Origin: Smithellaceae bacterium
GTDB lineage: Bacteria; Desulfobacterota; Syntrophia; Syntrophales; Smithellaceae
Length of the DNA stretch: 64,000 nucleotides
NCBI GenBank assembly: GCA_049514435.1
Contig: JBEKVB010000003.1
Coordinates: forward strand, 153,848-217,847
Reading direction: 5' to 3'
The notes under the pieces were generated by a model. The model had not been told where the DNA came from and did no database searches. It worked only from the letters and a program-made list of their open reading frames with translations. Positions 34,820 to 45,167 of this stretch are shown here, in pieces. Position 1 is the stretch's first letter; each line of letters starts with the position of its first letter. Both the position numbers and the translations under genes were made by a program.

Positions 34820-34848
34820 AATTAACGCCTTTCTAATGCTAAATTAGC

Positions 34849-35754
34849 TTATGATTTTCTTTCTTTTATATAGAGTGCAATGATACGCAGAGGCCGTGCC
34901 CGTTCGTCGAAATTAGAGAGGCTCTCCATCGCGGTATCTACACATTTAGTTAATTTTTCTTTGGCAGCACCTACACCCATCAAAGACGGATAGGTAAGTT
35001 TGCCATGGACTGCGTCGCTGCCTGTTTCTTTACCCATCAACTCACGATCTCCTTCCACATTCAAAATGTCATCCGCTATCTGAAAAGCTAATCCTACATT
35101 TATTCCATATTGGGATAACGCTTGAATTTTATCTTTTCGGGCATTGGAAATGATAGCACCGGACTTTACTGCGGCGACAATCAATGATCCGGTCTTACGC
35201 CGGTGAATCTCATAAAGAATGTCTTCAGTGGACATGGATTTTTCTGACAACACATCAAGAGTTTGACCGCCGACCATACCGGAAATCCCTGCCGCCCGGG
35301 CAATTTCCTGAATTACGGCCAGACGTCTTTCGGCAGGCAGCCGCACTTTTTCTGCACGTGACAAAAGAGCAAACGCCTCAGTGAGAAGAGCATCTCCTGC
35401 TAAAATCGCGATAGCTTCTCCAAAAACTTTGTGATTGGTCAGCTTGCCGCGCCGGAAATCATCGTTATCCATTGCCGGCAAATCATCATGAATAAGGGAA
35501 TAGGTATGAATGAGTTCCAAAGCGCAGGCAATCGGCATAGCGGGCGCCAAATTGCCGCCGACTGCTTCCACCGCGGCCAAGCAAAGAACCGGCCTAAGCC
35601 TCTTTCCTCCGGCAAAAACACTATAGCGCACAGCTTTATATATCTGGGCTGGAATATCATCTCTCGGCGCGAGATAGCGTTGCAGAGCTTCTTCCACGAT
35701 GTTTCTCCTATCTTGCAAATAGGCTTCTAGGAATATATTATCTTCTTCAATCAC
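34849..35754 (-). CDS. ispA: (E)-farnesyl/geranylgeranyl diphosphate synthase
   Basis: FARM LIHDDLPAMDNDDFRRG and SARM FQIADDILN. Confidence 0.9.
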   Translation of the reverse strand: MIEEDNIFLEAYLQDRRNIVEEALQRYLAPRDDIPAQIYKAVRYSVFAGGKRLRPVLCLAAVEAVGGNLAPAMPIACALELIHTYSLIHDDLPAMDNDDFRRGKLTNHKVFGEAIAILAGDALLTEAFALLSRAEKVRLPAERRLAVIQEIARAAGISGMVGGQTLDVLSEKSMSTEDILYEIHRRKTGSLIVAAVKSGAIISNARKDKIQALSQYGINVGLAFQIADDILNVEGDRELMGKETGSDAVHGKLTYPSLMGVGAAKEKLTKCVDTAMESLSNFDERARPLRIIALYIKERKS

Positions 35755-35977
35755 TGTCTTCTTCCTGAAAACGTTTTAACTGCAGGGAATCTTCTTTTCC
35801 CAAAAGCATTTCCACACGCCTTTCTATTTCTTCGAGTTTGGCAGAACAAAAACGAATAAGTTTTATCCCTTCTTCAAAAGACCTCATAGCTTCATCCAGC
35901 GGTATTCCACCAGCTTCCATTCTTTTTACTATATCTTCGAGCTTCTCCAAAGCATCTTCAAATTTCTCTTTTGCCAT
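35747..35977 (-). CDS. xseB: exodeoxyribonuclease VII small subunit (start set at MAKEKFEDA)
   Basis: FEDALEKLEDIVKRMEAGGIPLDEAMRSFEEGIKL is the XseB signature. Follows xseA. Confidence 0.85.
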   Translation of the reverse strand: MAKEKFEDALEKLEDIVKRMEAGGIPLDEAMRSFEEGIKLIRFCSAKLEEIERRVEMLLGKEDSLQLKRFQEEDSD

Positions 35978-35981
35978 ACCA

Positions 35982-37319
35982 TTACTCCCCAGATATTTTC
36001 TGTACTCTAGCGTGGACATTACCTCTTGCCAATTGTATATTAACATTCTCCCCTATACTTAGGGCATCTGCCTGCCGGACAATCAATCCGCTCGCCAGGC
36101 TGCGCGTAATACTGTAACCCCGCTGCAAAACTCTTAAAGGGCTTAAAGATTCCAGAACAGCCGAGTTTTTCCAAAGGTTCTCTTTAAGCGCCGTTAAGCG
36201 GTTGAAAAAATGACCATATATATCTTTTTGAATATTTTTTAATAACATCTTTTTTTCTTCGATTTGTCTTGTCGGACTTTGATGAGAAAGACGCAATTCC
36301 ATTTGCCGGAGATTATTATATAGACCTTGTTTTTCATGATGAAAAGTCACTCTAAGCCGCTCCTTCAATTCATCCAAATGAATCTGCAAATCGATTAAAA
36401 GGCGGCGCGGATCTTTGAATCTTTCTTGTAATCTGGCAAGCTGATTTCGCTTGTCTGCCGGATAACGGCAATAGCCGGCAAACAGCCTCTGCTTAAGGTT
36501 ATTAAGCCTTGTCAATAATTCAAGTCGTTCCGGTAAAACAAGTTCTGCCGCTGCAGAGGGCGTGGGTGCGCGCAGGTCCGCCACGAAATCGCAAATAGTA
36601 AAATCCGTTTCATGACCTACTGCCGACACTATGGGAATCAATGAACGGAAAATTTCACGGGCCAAAGCCTCATCATTAAAGGGCGCCATATCCTCCAAGG
36701 AACCGCCTCCGCGGGCAATAATGATCACATCAACATCACCGTAAGCGTGGAAATTGCGCAGAGCCTGAATTATTTCGGCTGCTGCTTCAACACCTTGCAC
36801 CCTCACCGGCGCGATTAATATATTGACAGAAGGGAAACGCCTTTTAGCGATATTTAGAATATCTTTAATCACGGCGCCGGTGGGAGAGGTAATTATCCCG
36901 ATTTTTTTGGGTAAAACAGGGATGCTCTTTTTATATTGCTCATCGAATAGCCCTTCCGCCGCAAGCTTGGATTTGAGTTGCTCAAATAATTTTTGCAGGG
37001 CACCTATGCCCCTCGGCTCCATAGATTCTACGATAAGTTGATATTCGCCGCGCGGCTGATAAACACTCAACCTAGCGCGGCACAACACTCTTAAGCCTTC
37101 TTCCAATTCAAAACCAATACCTTTTTTGAACCGCCCGAATTGACGGAAATACACCGCCCGGATTTGACTCTTTTCATCCTTCAGCGTAAAATAAATATGT
37201 CCGGATTGTGGTCGGCGCAAGTTGGACACCTCTCCTTCCACCCAAACAAAGCCGAATGTTTCCTCCAAAAGGAATTTAATATTATCATTTAGTTGTGAAA
37301 CTGTGATTATTTCTTTCAT
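35982..37319 (-). CDS. xseA: exodeoxyribonuclease VII large subunit (start set at MKEIITVSQL)
   Basis: OB-fold N-terminus VWVEGEVSNLRRPQSGHIYFTLKD. RGGGSLEDM motif. Confidence 0.9.
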   Translation of the reverse strand: MKEIITVSQLNDNIKFLLEETFGFVWVEGEVSNLRRPQSGHIYFTLKDEKSQIRAVYFRQFGRFKKGIGFELEEGLRVLCRARLSVYQPRGEYQLIVESMEPRGIGALQKLFEQLKSKLAAEGLFDEQYKKSIPVLPKKIGIITSPTGAVIKDILNIAKRRFPSVNILIAPVRVQGVEAAAEIIQALRNFHAYGDVDVIIIARGGGSLEDMAPFNDEALAREIFRSLIPIVSAVGHETDFTICDFVADLRAPTPSAAAELVLPERLELLTRLNNLKQRLFAGYCRYPADKRNQLARLQERFKDPRRLLIDLQIHLDELKERLRVTFHHEKQGLYNNLRQMELRLSHQSPTRQIEEKKMLLKNIQKDIYGHFFNRLTALKENLWKNSAVLESLSPLRVLQRGYSITRSLASGLIVRQADALSIGENVNIQLARGNVHARVQKISGE

Positions 37320-37564
37320 CAGTATAATCCCGCGTTGTGGACTACCAGATATCGAAGGGTAAAACAAGATTGAATTTAAGCTCCCGAAATCAAATAAATA
37401 TGCAGGAATTAGTGCCACGCAAAGGGTCTGAAGTACCTTGCGGATGTAAACAGATGAACATGCTACAGGGAATTGTAATATACAGATTAACTACTATAGA
37501 TTGACTTTTACCCGCCCATGTTTTAATAAGTTCTGTATGGAATATTTTAGGGAGTAATTATTTA

Positions 37565-38590
37565 ATGAAGAAGAATGATCTATTAAGTCAGAAAGTGGAA
37601 CATATCGACATTAAGTCCATCAACGCAGTGGCTATTATCAAAGCCATGAAAAAGATGTCTTTTTCCGCTCGTGATTTAGCGACAGCTGCCGATATTTACG
37701 ACCGGATGCTCAAAGAAAAAAACTGTGTAATTATCTTAACACTGGCTGGTTCTACTTCCGCCGCGGGGTGCATGCAAGTTTATGTTGATTTGGTGAAAAA
37801 TAACATGGTGGATGCCATAGTGGCCACTGGCGCTTCGATTGTCGATATGGATTTTTTTGAAGCTTTAGGATTCAAGCATTATCGGGGGACACCCTTTGTT
37901 GATGATAAATTGTTGCGTAAACTTTATATCGACCGGATATACGATACTTTCATAGATGAAGAACAACTCCAGGTTTGTGACCGCACGATTAAGAAAATAG
38001 CGGATGCTCTTCCTCCACGTTCTTATTCTTCGCGTGAATTTATTGGTGAAATGGGCAAATATTTACAGAAGCACGCCAAAAAGAAGGCTTCCCTGGTACA
38101 GACAGCTTACGAGCATGATGTTCCTATTTTTTGTCCGGCTTTTTCAGATAGCTCGGCCGGTTTCGGCCTTGTGCTCCATCAGCACAAACGCCCGGAGAAT
38201 CACATTTCCATCGATTCTGTAAAAGATTTCCGGGAATTAACGCTGATTAAAATCAAAGCGGGTACCAGCGGCTTATTGATAATTGGCGGCGGTGTTCCCA
38301 AAAATTTTGCCCAGGATACGGTTGTGTGTGCGGAAATATTGGGCAAGAAAGTACCGATGCATAAATACGCTATTCAAATAACCGTGGCTGACGTTCGTGA
38401 CGGCGCCTGCTCCAGTTCCACTCTCAAGGAAGCAAATTCCTGGGGTAAAGTGAATTCATCTTGCGAGCAAATGGTTTACGCTGAAGCCACCACAGTGTTA
38501 CCTCTGATGGCCAGCTACGCTTACCACAAAGGAAGCTGGAAGAAGCGCAAAATATGGCAATTAGCCGGGATTTTTAATGATAGAAAATAA
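37565..38590 (+). CDS. deoxyhypusine synthase-like protein
   Basis: DHS-family length and motifs ([27 protein letters not shown] with the catalytic-Lys region). Confidence 0.8.
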   Translation: MKKNDLLSQKVEHIDIKSINAVAIIKAMKKMSFSARDLATAADIYDRMLKEKNCVIILTLAGSTSAAGCMQVYVDLVKNNMVDAIVATGASIVDMDFFEALGFKHYRGTPFVDDKLLRKLYIDRIYDTFIDEEQLQVCDRTIKKIADALPPRSYSSREFIGEMGKYLQKHAKKKASLVQTAYEHDVPIFCPAFSDSSAGFGLVLHQHKRPENHISIDSVKDFRELTLIKIKAGTSGLLIIGGGVPKNFAQDTVVCAEILGKKVPMHKYAIQITVADVRDGACSSSTLKEANSWGKVNSSCEQMVYAEATTVLPLMASYAYHKGSWKKRKIWQLAGIFNDRK

Positions 38591-38597
38591 AGTTTTT

Positions 38598-38673
38598 TGG
38601 TGGAGATGAGGGGGATCGAACCCCTGGCCTCGGCGTTGCGAACGCCGCGCTCTCCCAGCTGAGCTACATCCCC
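38598..38673 (-). tRNA. tRNA-Ala(CGC), 76 nt with encoded CCA
   Basis: The reverse complement is GGGGATGTAGCTCAGCTGGGAGAGCGCGGCGTTCGCAACGCCGAGGCCAGGGGTTCGATCCCCCTCATCTCCACCA. Cloverleaf with G3:U70 and anticodon loop TT-CGC-AA. Confidence 0.9.
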
Positions 38674-38761
38674 AACCGTTCAGCATTTTCTAGGAAAAAC
38701 GCGGCCGAGCATATATTATTGTCTGTCTTAGTGTCAAGAAATTGTTGATTTGATTCTTGAC

Positions 38762-38791
38762 TTGACAAAATCATTGAGTTTTTTCTATACT
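38762..38791 (+). promoter_or_regulatory. sigma70-like promoter TTGACA-18 nt-TATACT upstream of pilT
   Basis: Read directly. Confidence 0.4.
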
Positions 38792-38929
38792 CAAAAAAAG
38801 TTATTTATAATAGAACACTGCTATTAATAATAACGCGGCCATAAAGAGCACGTCTGTTAAATTGTTGGATTCTTTTCCGGCAAAGAATAAAGATAGGAAA
38901 ATTATTAATTACAACAGGGAGTAAAATAC

Positions 38930-40012
38930 ATGGCAAAAATTGATGCTTTTTTTCAGATGATGCATGATCAGGGCGCTTCCGACCTTCATCTTGTTTCAGG
39001 TCAACAACCTGCTATTAGAATCCGCGGTGAAATTGTACGAATAAAATATGAAACGCTTACTAATGAAACCTTAAAAGTTCTTCTTTACGAAATCACACCG
39101 GAACATAAAATTAAGCAGTTTGAAGAAACTGGCGACGTTGACTTTGCCTATGATGTCCCTTCAATCGCACGCTATCGCGCCAATTATTTCCAGCAAAAAT
39201 ACGGGGTAGGCGCCGTTTTCCGGGAGATTCCCAACAAAATCACGACTTGTGCAGAACTTGGTCTTCCTTCAGTAGTGGCAAAATTAGCTACTCTCCCGCG
39301 TGGTCTTGTTCTGGTCACCGGCCCCACGGGTAGCGGTAAATCCACTACTCTGGCCGCGATTATTGATGAAGCTAACCGTTTACGTAAAGACCATATTATT
39401 ACAATTGAAGATCCGATTGAATTTGTTCATCAAAGCCATGGTTGTATAATTAACCAACGTGAAGTTGGAACCCACACTAGAAGTTTCGCTGCGGCATTGC
39501 GCGGAGCACTGCGCGAAGATCCCGACATTATTTTGGTTGGTGAAATGCGTGATCTTGAAACCATTTCACTGGCTGTGGAAGCCGCCTCCACTGGCCATCT
39601 TGTTTTCGCCACAGTGCACACCACCAGTGCGGCAAAAACGGTCGACAGAGTAATTGAAGTTTTCCCTGCTTCCGAACAATTGCAAATCCGCTCCACGCTC
39701 GCTGATGGTTTGCGCGCGGTCATTTCGCAAATTTTGTTCAAAAGAATCGACATCAAAGCCCGCGGTGTTGCTTTGGAAATTTTAATTGCTACCTCAGCAG
39801 TTCGCAATTTAATCCGCGAATCCAAAACCTACCAAATTCCTTCCATGATGCAGACAGGCAAGAAATACGGAATGCAGCTTATGGATGACGGGATCATGGA
39901 TCTTTATACCCGCGGCTGGATCAGCAGCGATGATGCTTACATTAAAGCGAACGATAAAGCTAGATTCCGTCCGTTGTTGAAATATCCGCCCACAGACTTT
40001 ACTGAAGCATAA
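38930..40012 (+). CDS. pilT: type IV pilus retraction ATPase PilT
   Basis: Walker A GPTGSGKSTT. AIRGALREDPDIILVGEMRD. His box GHLVFATVHT. Confidence 0.9.
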   Translation: MAKIDAFFQMMHDQGASDLHLVSGQQPAIRIRGEIVRIKYETLTNETLKVLLYEITPEHKIKQFEETGDVDFAYDVPSIARYRANYFQQKYGVGAVFREIPNKITTCAELGLPSVVAKLATLPRGLVLVTGPTGSGKSTTLAAIIDEANRLRKDHIITIEDPIEFVHQSHGCIINQREVGTHTRSFAAALRGALREDPDIILVGEMRDLETISLAVEAASTGHLVFATVHTTSAAKTVDRVIEVFPASEQLQIRSTLADGLRAVISQILFKRIDIKARGVALEILIATSAVRNLIRESKTYQIPSMMQTGKKYGMQLMDDGIMDLYTRGWISSDDAYIKANDKARFRPLLKYPPTDFTEA

Positions 40013-40036
40013 ATTATTATTGTGCGAGGATAGCTT

Positions 40037-41224
40037 ATGAGAAAACCGGAAATAGACCATATTCTGACAAAAATGCTGGAATCCAATGCTAACATTTCTG
40101 ATGTTGTCTTGACCGTGGATAAACCTTTTCAAGTCGAAGCAGCAGGCCGATTGGTGGGCGTAGATTTAGAGCCCCCCTTTGAAAAACTGACCCCGTTTCA
40201 AACAGAAATTTTCGCTCTAAACTTGATTAATCAGGATCAGCGGCTGATTGAAATGCTAATTAAAGAAGGTTCCTGCGATTTATCTTATGAATTGCCGGGA
40301 ATTGCCCGTTTCCGTGTAAATATATTTTCACAACTTGGCCACTACTCTATCGTTTTAAGAAAACTCGAAACAAAAATTCCTTCTTGTGCCAAGCTAGGAT
40401 TACCCGACGCCTATTATCGCGTTGTCGCTGAAAAAAACGGGATTGTTCTTATAACAGGCGCAACGGGTACCGGCAAAACAACATCGCTTGCCGCCGTCAT
40501 CAATGAAATCAACGAACATAATTCCGTGCATATAATCACATTGGAAGACCCGGTGGAATATACACACTCGCAAAAAGAGGCCACTATTAACCAGCGTGAA
40601 CTAGGCAAAGATTTCGATACTTTTGCCAACGGCTTACGCGCGGCTCTGCGACAAGCTCCAAAGGTAATCCTTGTCGGCGAAATGCGCGACCGTGAATCCG
40701 TCGAAATCGCTTTGAATGCCGCGGAAACCGGTCATCTTGTCTTGAGCACTTTGCATACAATTGATGCCGGCCAAACAATTAACCGTATTCTGGGCATGTT
40801 CTCTACAGAAGAAGAAAATCAAATACGTACGCGTCTGGCCGATTCGCTGCGCTGGATCATTTGTCAGCGTTTGATGCCGAAAATAGGCGGCGGCCGCGTT
40901 GCCGCCTTTGAGGCGCTGGGTACCAGCTTGCGCGTCAGAGACATCATTCTGCACGGCGAATCAGAAGGTAAAACTTTTTCTGATATTATCCAGCAAGGCA
41001 AAGCCTTTGGCATGATCACTTTTGACGATTGCATTGTCGATCTCTATGAAAAAGATTTAATTACCGAAGATACGGCTAGAGCTTATGCCTCGAACAAATC
41101 TAATGTAGGTCGGGGAATTGATGTGATAAAAAGTACCCGCGGCGAAAAAACAACCGATCTGGACAAGCTGGAGGTCGATCTCTCATACGGCAAGATAAAA
41201 ACCGATACGTGGAAAGTAAAATAA
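40037..41224 (+). CDS. PilT/PilU-family type IV pilus ATPase paralogue
   Basis: GATGTGKTTS, GLRAALRQAPKVILVGEMRD, GHLVLSTLHT. Confidence 0.85.
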   Translation: MRKPEIDHILTKMLESNANISDVVLTVDKPFQVEAAGRLVGVDLEPPFEKLTPFQTEIFALNLINQDQRLIEMLIKEGSCDLSYELPGIARFRVNIFSQLGHYSIVLRKLETKIPSCAKLGLPDAYYRVVAEKNGIVLITGATGTGKTTSLAAVINEINEHNSVHIITLEDPVEYTHSQKEATINQRELGKDFDTFANGLRAALRQAPKVILVGEMRDRESVEIALNAAETGHLVLSTLHTIDAGQTINRILGMFSTEEENQIRTRLADSLRWIICQRLMPKIGGGRVAAFEALGTSLRVRDIILHGESEGKTFSDIIQQGKAFGMITFDDCIVDLYEKDLITEDTARAYASNKSNVGRGIDVIKSTRGEKTTDLDKLEVDLSYGKIKTDTWKVK

Positions 41225-41269
41225 TAAAAATTTAGTTGCGCCCTGAGGGATTACAACAAGGAGATTAAG

Positions 41270-41785
41270 ATGAGTGAAGAAAAATCGACATTGGATGCAA
41301 CGAGGTCAGGAGGAATAGATTATTCGGGAAGGCCTTTCGGATACCTTAACCCGGATAGTGAAACAGCCATGATTTGTGAAAAAGATCCCGCAATCAGAGA
41401 TGAAATCAGCAAAGCACTCAAAGCACTCAATATAGATGTAGTTGAACCGACGTCATTTAAAGAAGCCCTGAGATATTTACGTTTTCATATCTTTAATGTA
41501 ATTGTCGTTGACGAAAATTTCGACACCAGTGTTGGGGAAGTCAATTATGTTCTCCATTATACAGAAAACTTAATTATGCCTATCCGCCGGCAGACTTTTG
41601 TAGTTCTAATCAGTGAAACTTATCCGACTATGGATAACATGCGCGCCTACAATAAAAGTGTTAACTTAATTATTAATAAAAAAGAAATTGCCGAAGCAGC
41701 CCTGATTTTGAAAAAAGAAATTGCGGAAGATTCTGACTTTTATTACCTATTTAAGGAAAATCTCAATAAGTCTGGGAAAATTTAA
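41270..41785 (+). CDS. hypothetical protein with a degenerate receiver (REC)-like fold
   Basis: beta-alpha pattern AMICEKDP...NVIVVDENFD...FVVLIS...NLIINKK. Same strand, directly after the pilT paralogues. Confidence 0.4.
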   Translation: MSEEKSTLDATRSGGIDYSGRPFGYLNPDSETAMICEKDPAIRDEISKALKALNIDVVEPTSFKEALRYLRFHIFNVIVVDENFDTSVGEVNYVLHYTENLIMPIRRQTFVVLISETYPTMDNMRAYNKSVNLIINKKEIAEAALILKKEIAEDSDFYYLFKENLNKSGKI

Positions 41786-41787
41786 TC

Positions 41788-42765
41788 TTATCCTATTTTT
41801 TTTACTTCGCGCATAATTTCATCAGCCCGATCTTCAAGACCCATCGCCCTGTAAGCAGAAACCAACCCAAAATAGTAAGGCTTGATGTTTTCATATTGAA
41901 TTGCCTTCTCAAAGACTGCCGCCGCCTGTGAAAAATATTTTGCTTTCAGCAGGATATTGCCTAAGCGATTGCAATATGCTCCAGCGCTGTTATGACCACC
42001 ATATTGTACAGCCTTCTCATAAACCTTCAAAGCCTGCTCAATTTGCCCTAAACCAATAAGACTGTCTCCTAACGAACAGTAATAGAGTGGATTTCCCGGA
42101 CTTAAGGCAATACATTTATCAATTAATCTTATAGCTTCCTGATGATTTGCCGCCCGCTGGAACAAAACAGTTAACTTAAAGCAGTAATTGGCGGCCTGTT
42201 CCGGATCAATTTTACCGGCGCGTACATAGGCTTCTTCACTTTCTGAAAATAAGCCTGCGGCAAATAAAGCTTCCCCCCAAAGGCAATAAAAAGCAGGGTT
42301 GTCGTCTTCCTTTTCGATGATTTTTTCATATATACCGCAGGCCTCTTTAGCTTTGCCTAGCTGAAGATAGGAGTTGCCCAATTCTGCTAATAGTCCGACA
42401 TCTTCTGGTTGAGCGGTAATTGCTTTTTTGCAAATTTCCACTAATTTGTAGAAATTTTTTTCCTGTTTATAAATACGCACAAGTTCATCAAAAGCAAAGC
42501 CCGTAAAAATTTTCCTCTGCAGTTCTCTTTCCAACAGCACATTTAAACATTCTACAGCTTTTTGGGCAGCTCCGCTGTCATAATAGGCCCAGGCTAACAT
42601 TAATAAAAGGGATTCTTCTTCCGGATGCGTTTTGTGAAGTTCTTCAAATATTTTAATTGCTTTGTCATACTGACGTTGCTGTAGGAGCTTTTCCGCATTT
42701 TTAATTTTATTCAGCTTTTTATCTTTCTCGACCATAGTCCCCCAAAAATCACGGGCATGAACCAC
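41788..42765 (-). CDS. TPR-repeat protein
   Basis: Multiple 34-aa TPR units (e.g. AFYCLWGEALFAAGLFSESEEAYVRAGKIDPEQA). Confidence 0.8.
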   Translation of the reverse strand: MVHARDFWGTMVEKDKKLNKIKNAEKLLQQRQYDKAIKIFEELHKTHPEEESLLLMLAWAYYDSGAAQKAVECLNVLLERELQRKIFTGFAFDELVRIYKQEKNFYKLVEICKKAITAQPEDVGLLAELGNSYLQLGKAKEACGIYEKIIEKEDDNPAFYCLWGEALFAAGLFSESEEAYVRAGKIDPEQAANYCFKLTVLFQRAANHQEAIRLIDKCIALSPGNPLYYCSLGDSLIGLGQIEQALKVYEKAVQYGGHNSAGAYCNRLGNILLKAKYFSQAAAVFEKAIQYENIKPYYFGLVSAYRAMGLEDRADEIMREVKKIG

Positions 42766-42887
42766 AAAGCAAGCTTGGGTCTCATTACCCTCTGCTTTGC
42801 GGGACCAATTTCCCTAGACTTCATTATGAAAATTGGAGTTTCATGAATAAAAGAAGGGGAGAAAATTCTCCCCCCAAGTTCTAAATG

Positions 42888-43205
42888 CTAGCAACTGCAA
42901 GACGAGCCGCAACCTCCGCTATCAGCCGGAGCAAGGCTGGAAGTTAATTTAAATCCAGATCCTCGCGGCGTACTCACAAAATCAACATTAATCGGCTTTG
43001 CTTGATTATAAATATCTTTATCAATAATATACTTTGTGCCCTTTTCTTCAAACACTTCATCTTCCTTCTTAGGCTCATCCAGAGCCATGCCCAAAGAGGG
43101 GCCAGATCAGCCCAAAGACAAAATTATTCGAACAGCGGAATCTGTATTCTTATCTTTGAGAAAATCTTTGATTACCTCCGCTGCCTTATCCGTTACTGTA
43201 AACAT
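42888..43205 (-). CDS. HesB/IscA-like selenoprotein, 105 codons with in-frame UGA (Sec) at 43107-43109
   Basis: AAGGAGG RBS + ATG at 43205. My translation: MFTVTDKAAEVIKDFLKDKNTDSAVRIILSLG-U-SGPSLGMALDEPKKEDEVFEEKGTKYIIDKD...GGCGSSCSC. The UGA falls at the Cys of the IscA/HesB G-C-S-G motif. The ORF track shows only the part after the UGA. Confidence 0.7.
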
Positions 43206-43420
43206 CACATATCCTCCTTCCGGTGATGGATATTTTTCCATCGATATTTTATTTAAATTAGCCATATTTGATGAGTTGTCAATTACATTTTTTCTAAACC
43301 TTCGTAATGCATTGTCTTTTCACGCATTTGAACTATGAAATTTGTTTCCATTGACATAAAATAGCGATCCCGCTTATCATCCCCAATACAGCAACCAATA
43401 ATACAACCGGGGTAATTTAT

Positions 43421-45118
43421 ATGAAGAAATTATTAAAGACTATATTTCTCTTTGCCCTCGTCGTGACTGTATCCCCATCTTTTGCGGAAAATTTTACAGT
43501 TAAAGGAGACATGGCCTCGACACTGCATTATGAACTCCAGCATCAGATAACAGCCGGGGATGCCATGAAAAAACTAACTTTAAGCTTTGTAATTCCCCAG
43601 ACCTTCGAATCACCGACATATAAACAACAAATAACCAATTTTAAAATAAACTTTTCTCCAGAGGCGCAGGAAAGAACAGCCGCTACTGATGCGCGCGGGA
43701 ATAAGACAATTCTTGCTGTATGGACAAATGTACCCGATAAAATTGATGTTGTAGTTTCCTTTGATGCCAAAAACATTACCGAATTAAAACTTATTGAAAC
43801 TCAGGCGCCTTTTCCTCTCAGCGGCGTTCCTGAAGAGATGAAGGTCTATCTACAAGCCACAGCCCAGGTGCAGACAAACGATTCGGAAATTCGTGAACTT
43901 GCTCTCCGGTTGACAAAAGATGTAAAAATCCAGTTTGATGCCGTGCAGCGGGTTATTTCCTGGGTAGTGGATAATGTTCGTTACGTTAATCCTCCGGCCC
44001 AATATGATGCTCTTTACGCACTGCATTCGGGCAAGGGGAACTGCCAAAATTTTTCCCATCTTTCGGCTGCTCTTTTACGCAGCGTGGGAATACCCGTGCG
44101 TATCGTCAATGGCGCTACCATGAATCAACCTTTTGATGTTGGCTGGGAAAAAGGTGTCCTTACTTTCAAGATGGGGCAAGGAAGACATTCCTGGATTGAA
44201 GTATGGTTTCCTGATCAGGGATGGGTTCCCTATGATCCGCAAAACATGCAGTTTTTCGTTTCCAATCGTTTTGTCCGCATTGAAGTCGGAATGGATAATA
44301 ACGAAACAAAGAATGATGGGTTGGTCCGCTGGCTTCAAAGCTCCGATGCCCGCACTAACCCTAAACTACAAGAAACAATCGGTGCAAATTTTCTTTCTGA
44401 TTCCGTCAATGTCCGGGGAACTCGTCAGGCTTACGGTCCGAAAAATCTTCTTTTAGGCCCAAATGTCCAGACTGAATTCAAAAAAATTGAAATAGTTCCC
44501 CCGCCGCCGCCTATCGTCATCCCTGAAAAGGAAAAGAAAGAGTTACGCTATAATGTTCCTTTTATCTACGGCAATCTGGAATTTCCGGAAAATATCGATT
44601 TTGCTTTTCCCCGCGTGACAACTGCCACCGGCAGCAATGCTTATGAAATGTCGCGTAACTTTCTTGTGGAAACTGCCAAATACGTAACGACCAAGGCAAC
44701 ACAGTATGCCCAGGTTTTTGTTTTAAAGAAACCGGTGAAAGTGCAAAAAGGCGGTTTGGCTCTGCATAAATTTGGCGATGTAGGCTGGCTGTGGATTGAT
44801 ATTTTTGAAGATAACCAGGGAAAACCCGGCGTTCCTTTATATACATCTGAAATGATAACTTTGGCGCAGCTTTCGCTAAAACCCGGTTACCGCTGGCTGG
44901 ACTTTGCCTTTACCGGAGAACAACCTCTACTAATGCCCGGTTCTTATTGGATCGCGCTTGGTTTTTCCGACACTCCTGTCATTAATTGGTTTTATACTTA
45001 CGGCAAGCCGGTTGGTCCCGTCTATAGCACACGCTATAAAGGAGTTTTTCAAAGTGATTGGAGCGGTGCATTGAATTATGAATTTAATTACCGGATAAAA
45101 GGGCTTACCGCAAAATAA
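43421..45118 (+). CDS. secreted transglutaminase-like (cysteine protease fold) domain protein
   Basis: Signal peptide. Transglutaminase core GKGNCQNFSHLSAALLRSVGIPVR...HSWIEVW...WVPYDP (Cys-His-Asp). Confidence 0.8.
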   Translation: MKKLLKTIFLFALVVTVSPSFAENFTVKGDMASTLHYELQHQITAGDAMKKLTLSFVIPQTFESPTYKQQITNFKINFSPEAQERTAATDARGNKTILAVWTNVPDKIDVVVSFDAKNITELKLIETQAPFPLSGVPEEMKVYLQATAQVQTNDSEIRELALRLTKDVKIQFDAVQRVISWVVDNVRYVNPPAQYDALYALHSGKGNCQNFSHLSAALLRSVGIPVRIVNGATMNQPFDVGWEKGVLTFKMGQGRHSWIEVWFPDQGWVPYDPQNMQFFVSNRFVRIEVGMDNNETKNDGLVRWLQSSDARTNPKLQETIGANFLSDSVNVRGTRQAYGPKNLLLGPNVQTEFKKIEIVPPPPPIVIPEKEKKELRYNVPFIYGNLEFPENIDFAFPRVTTATGSNAYEMSRNFLVETAKYVTTKATQYAQVFVLKKPVKVQKGGLALHKFGDVGWLWIDIFEDNQGKPGVPLYTSEMITLAQLSLKPGYRWLDFAFTGEQPLLMPGSYWIALGFSDTPVINWFYTYGKPVGPVYSTRYKGVFQSDWSGALNYEFNYRIKGLTAK

Positions 45119-45167
45119 ATGATTTTTACCGAGAAAAAAATTACGGTATTAAGGCCAAACTAACCTC

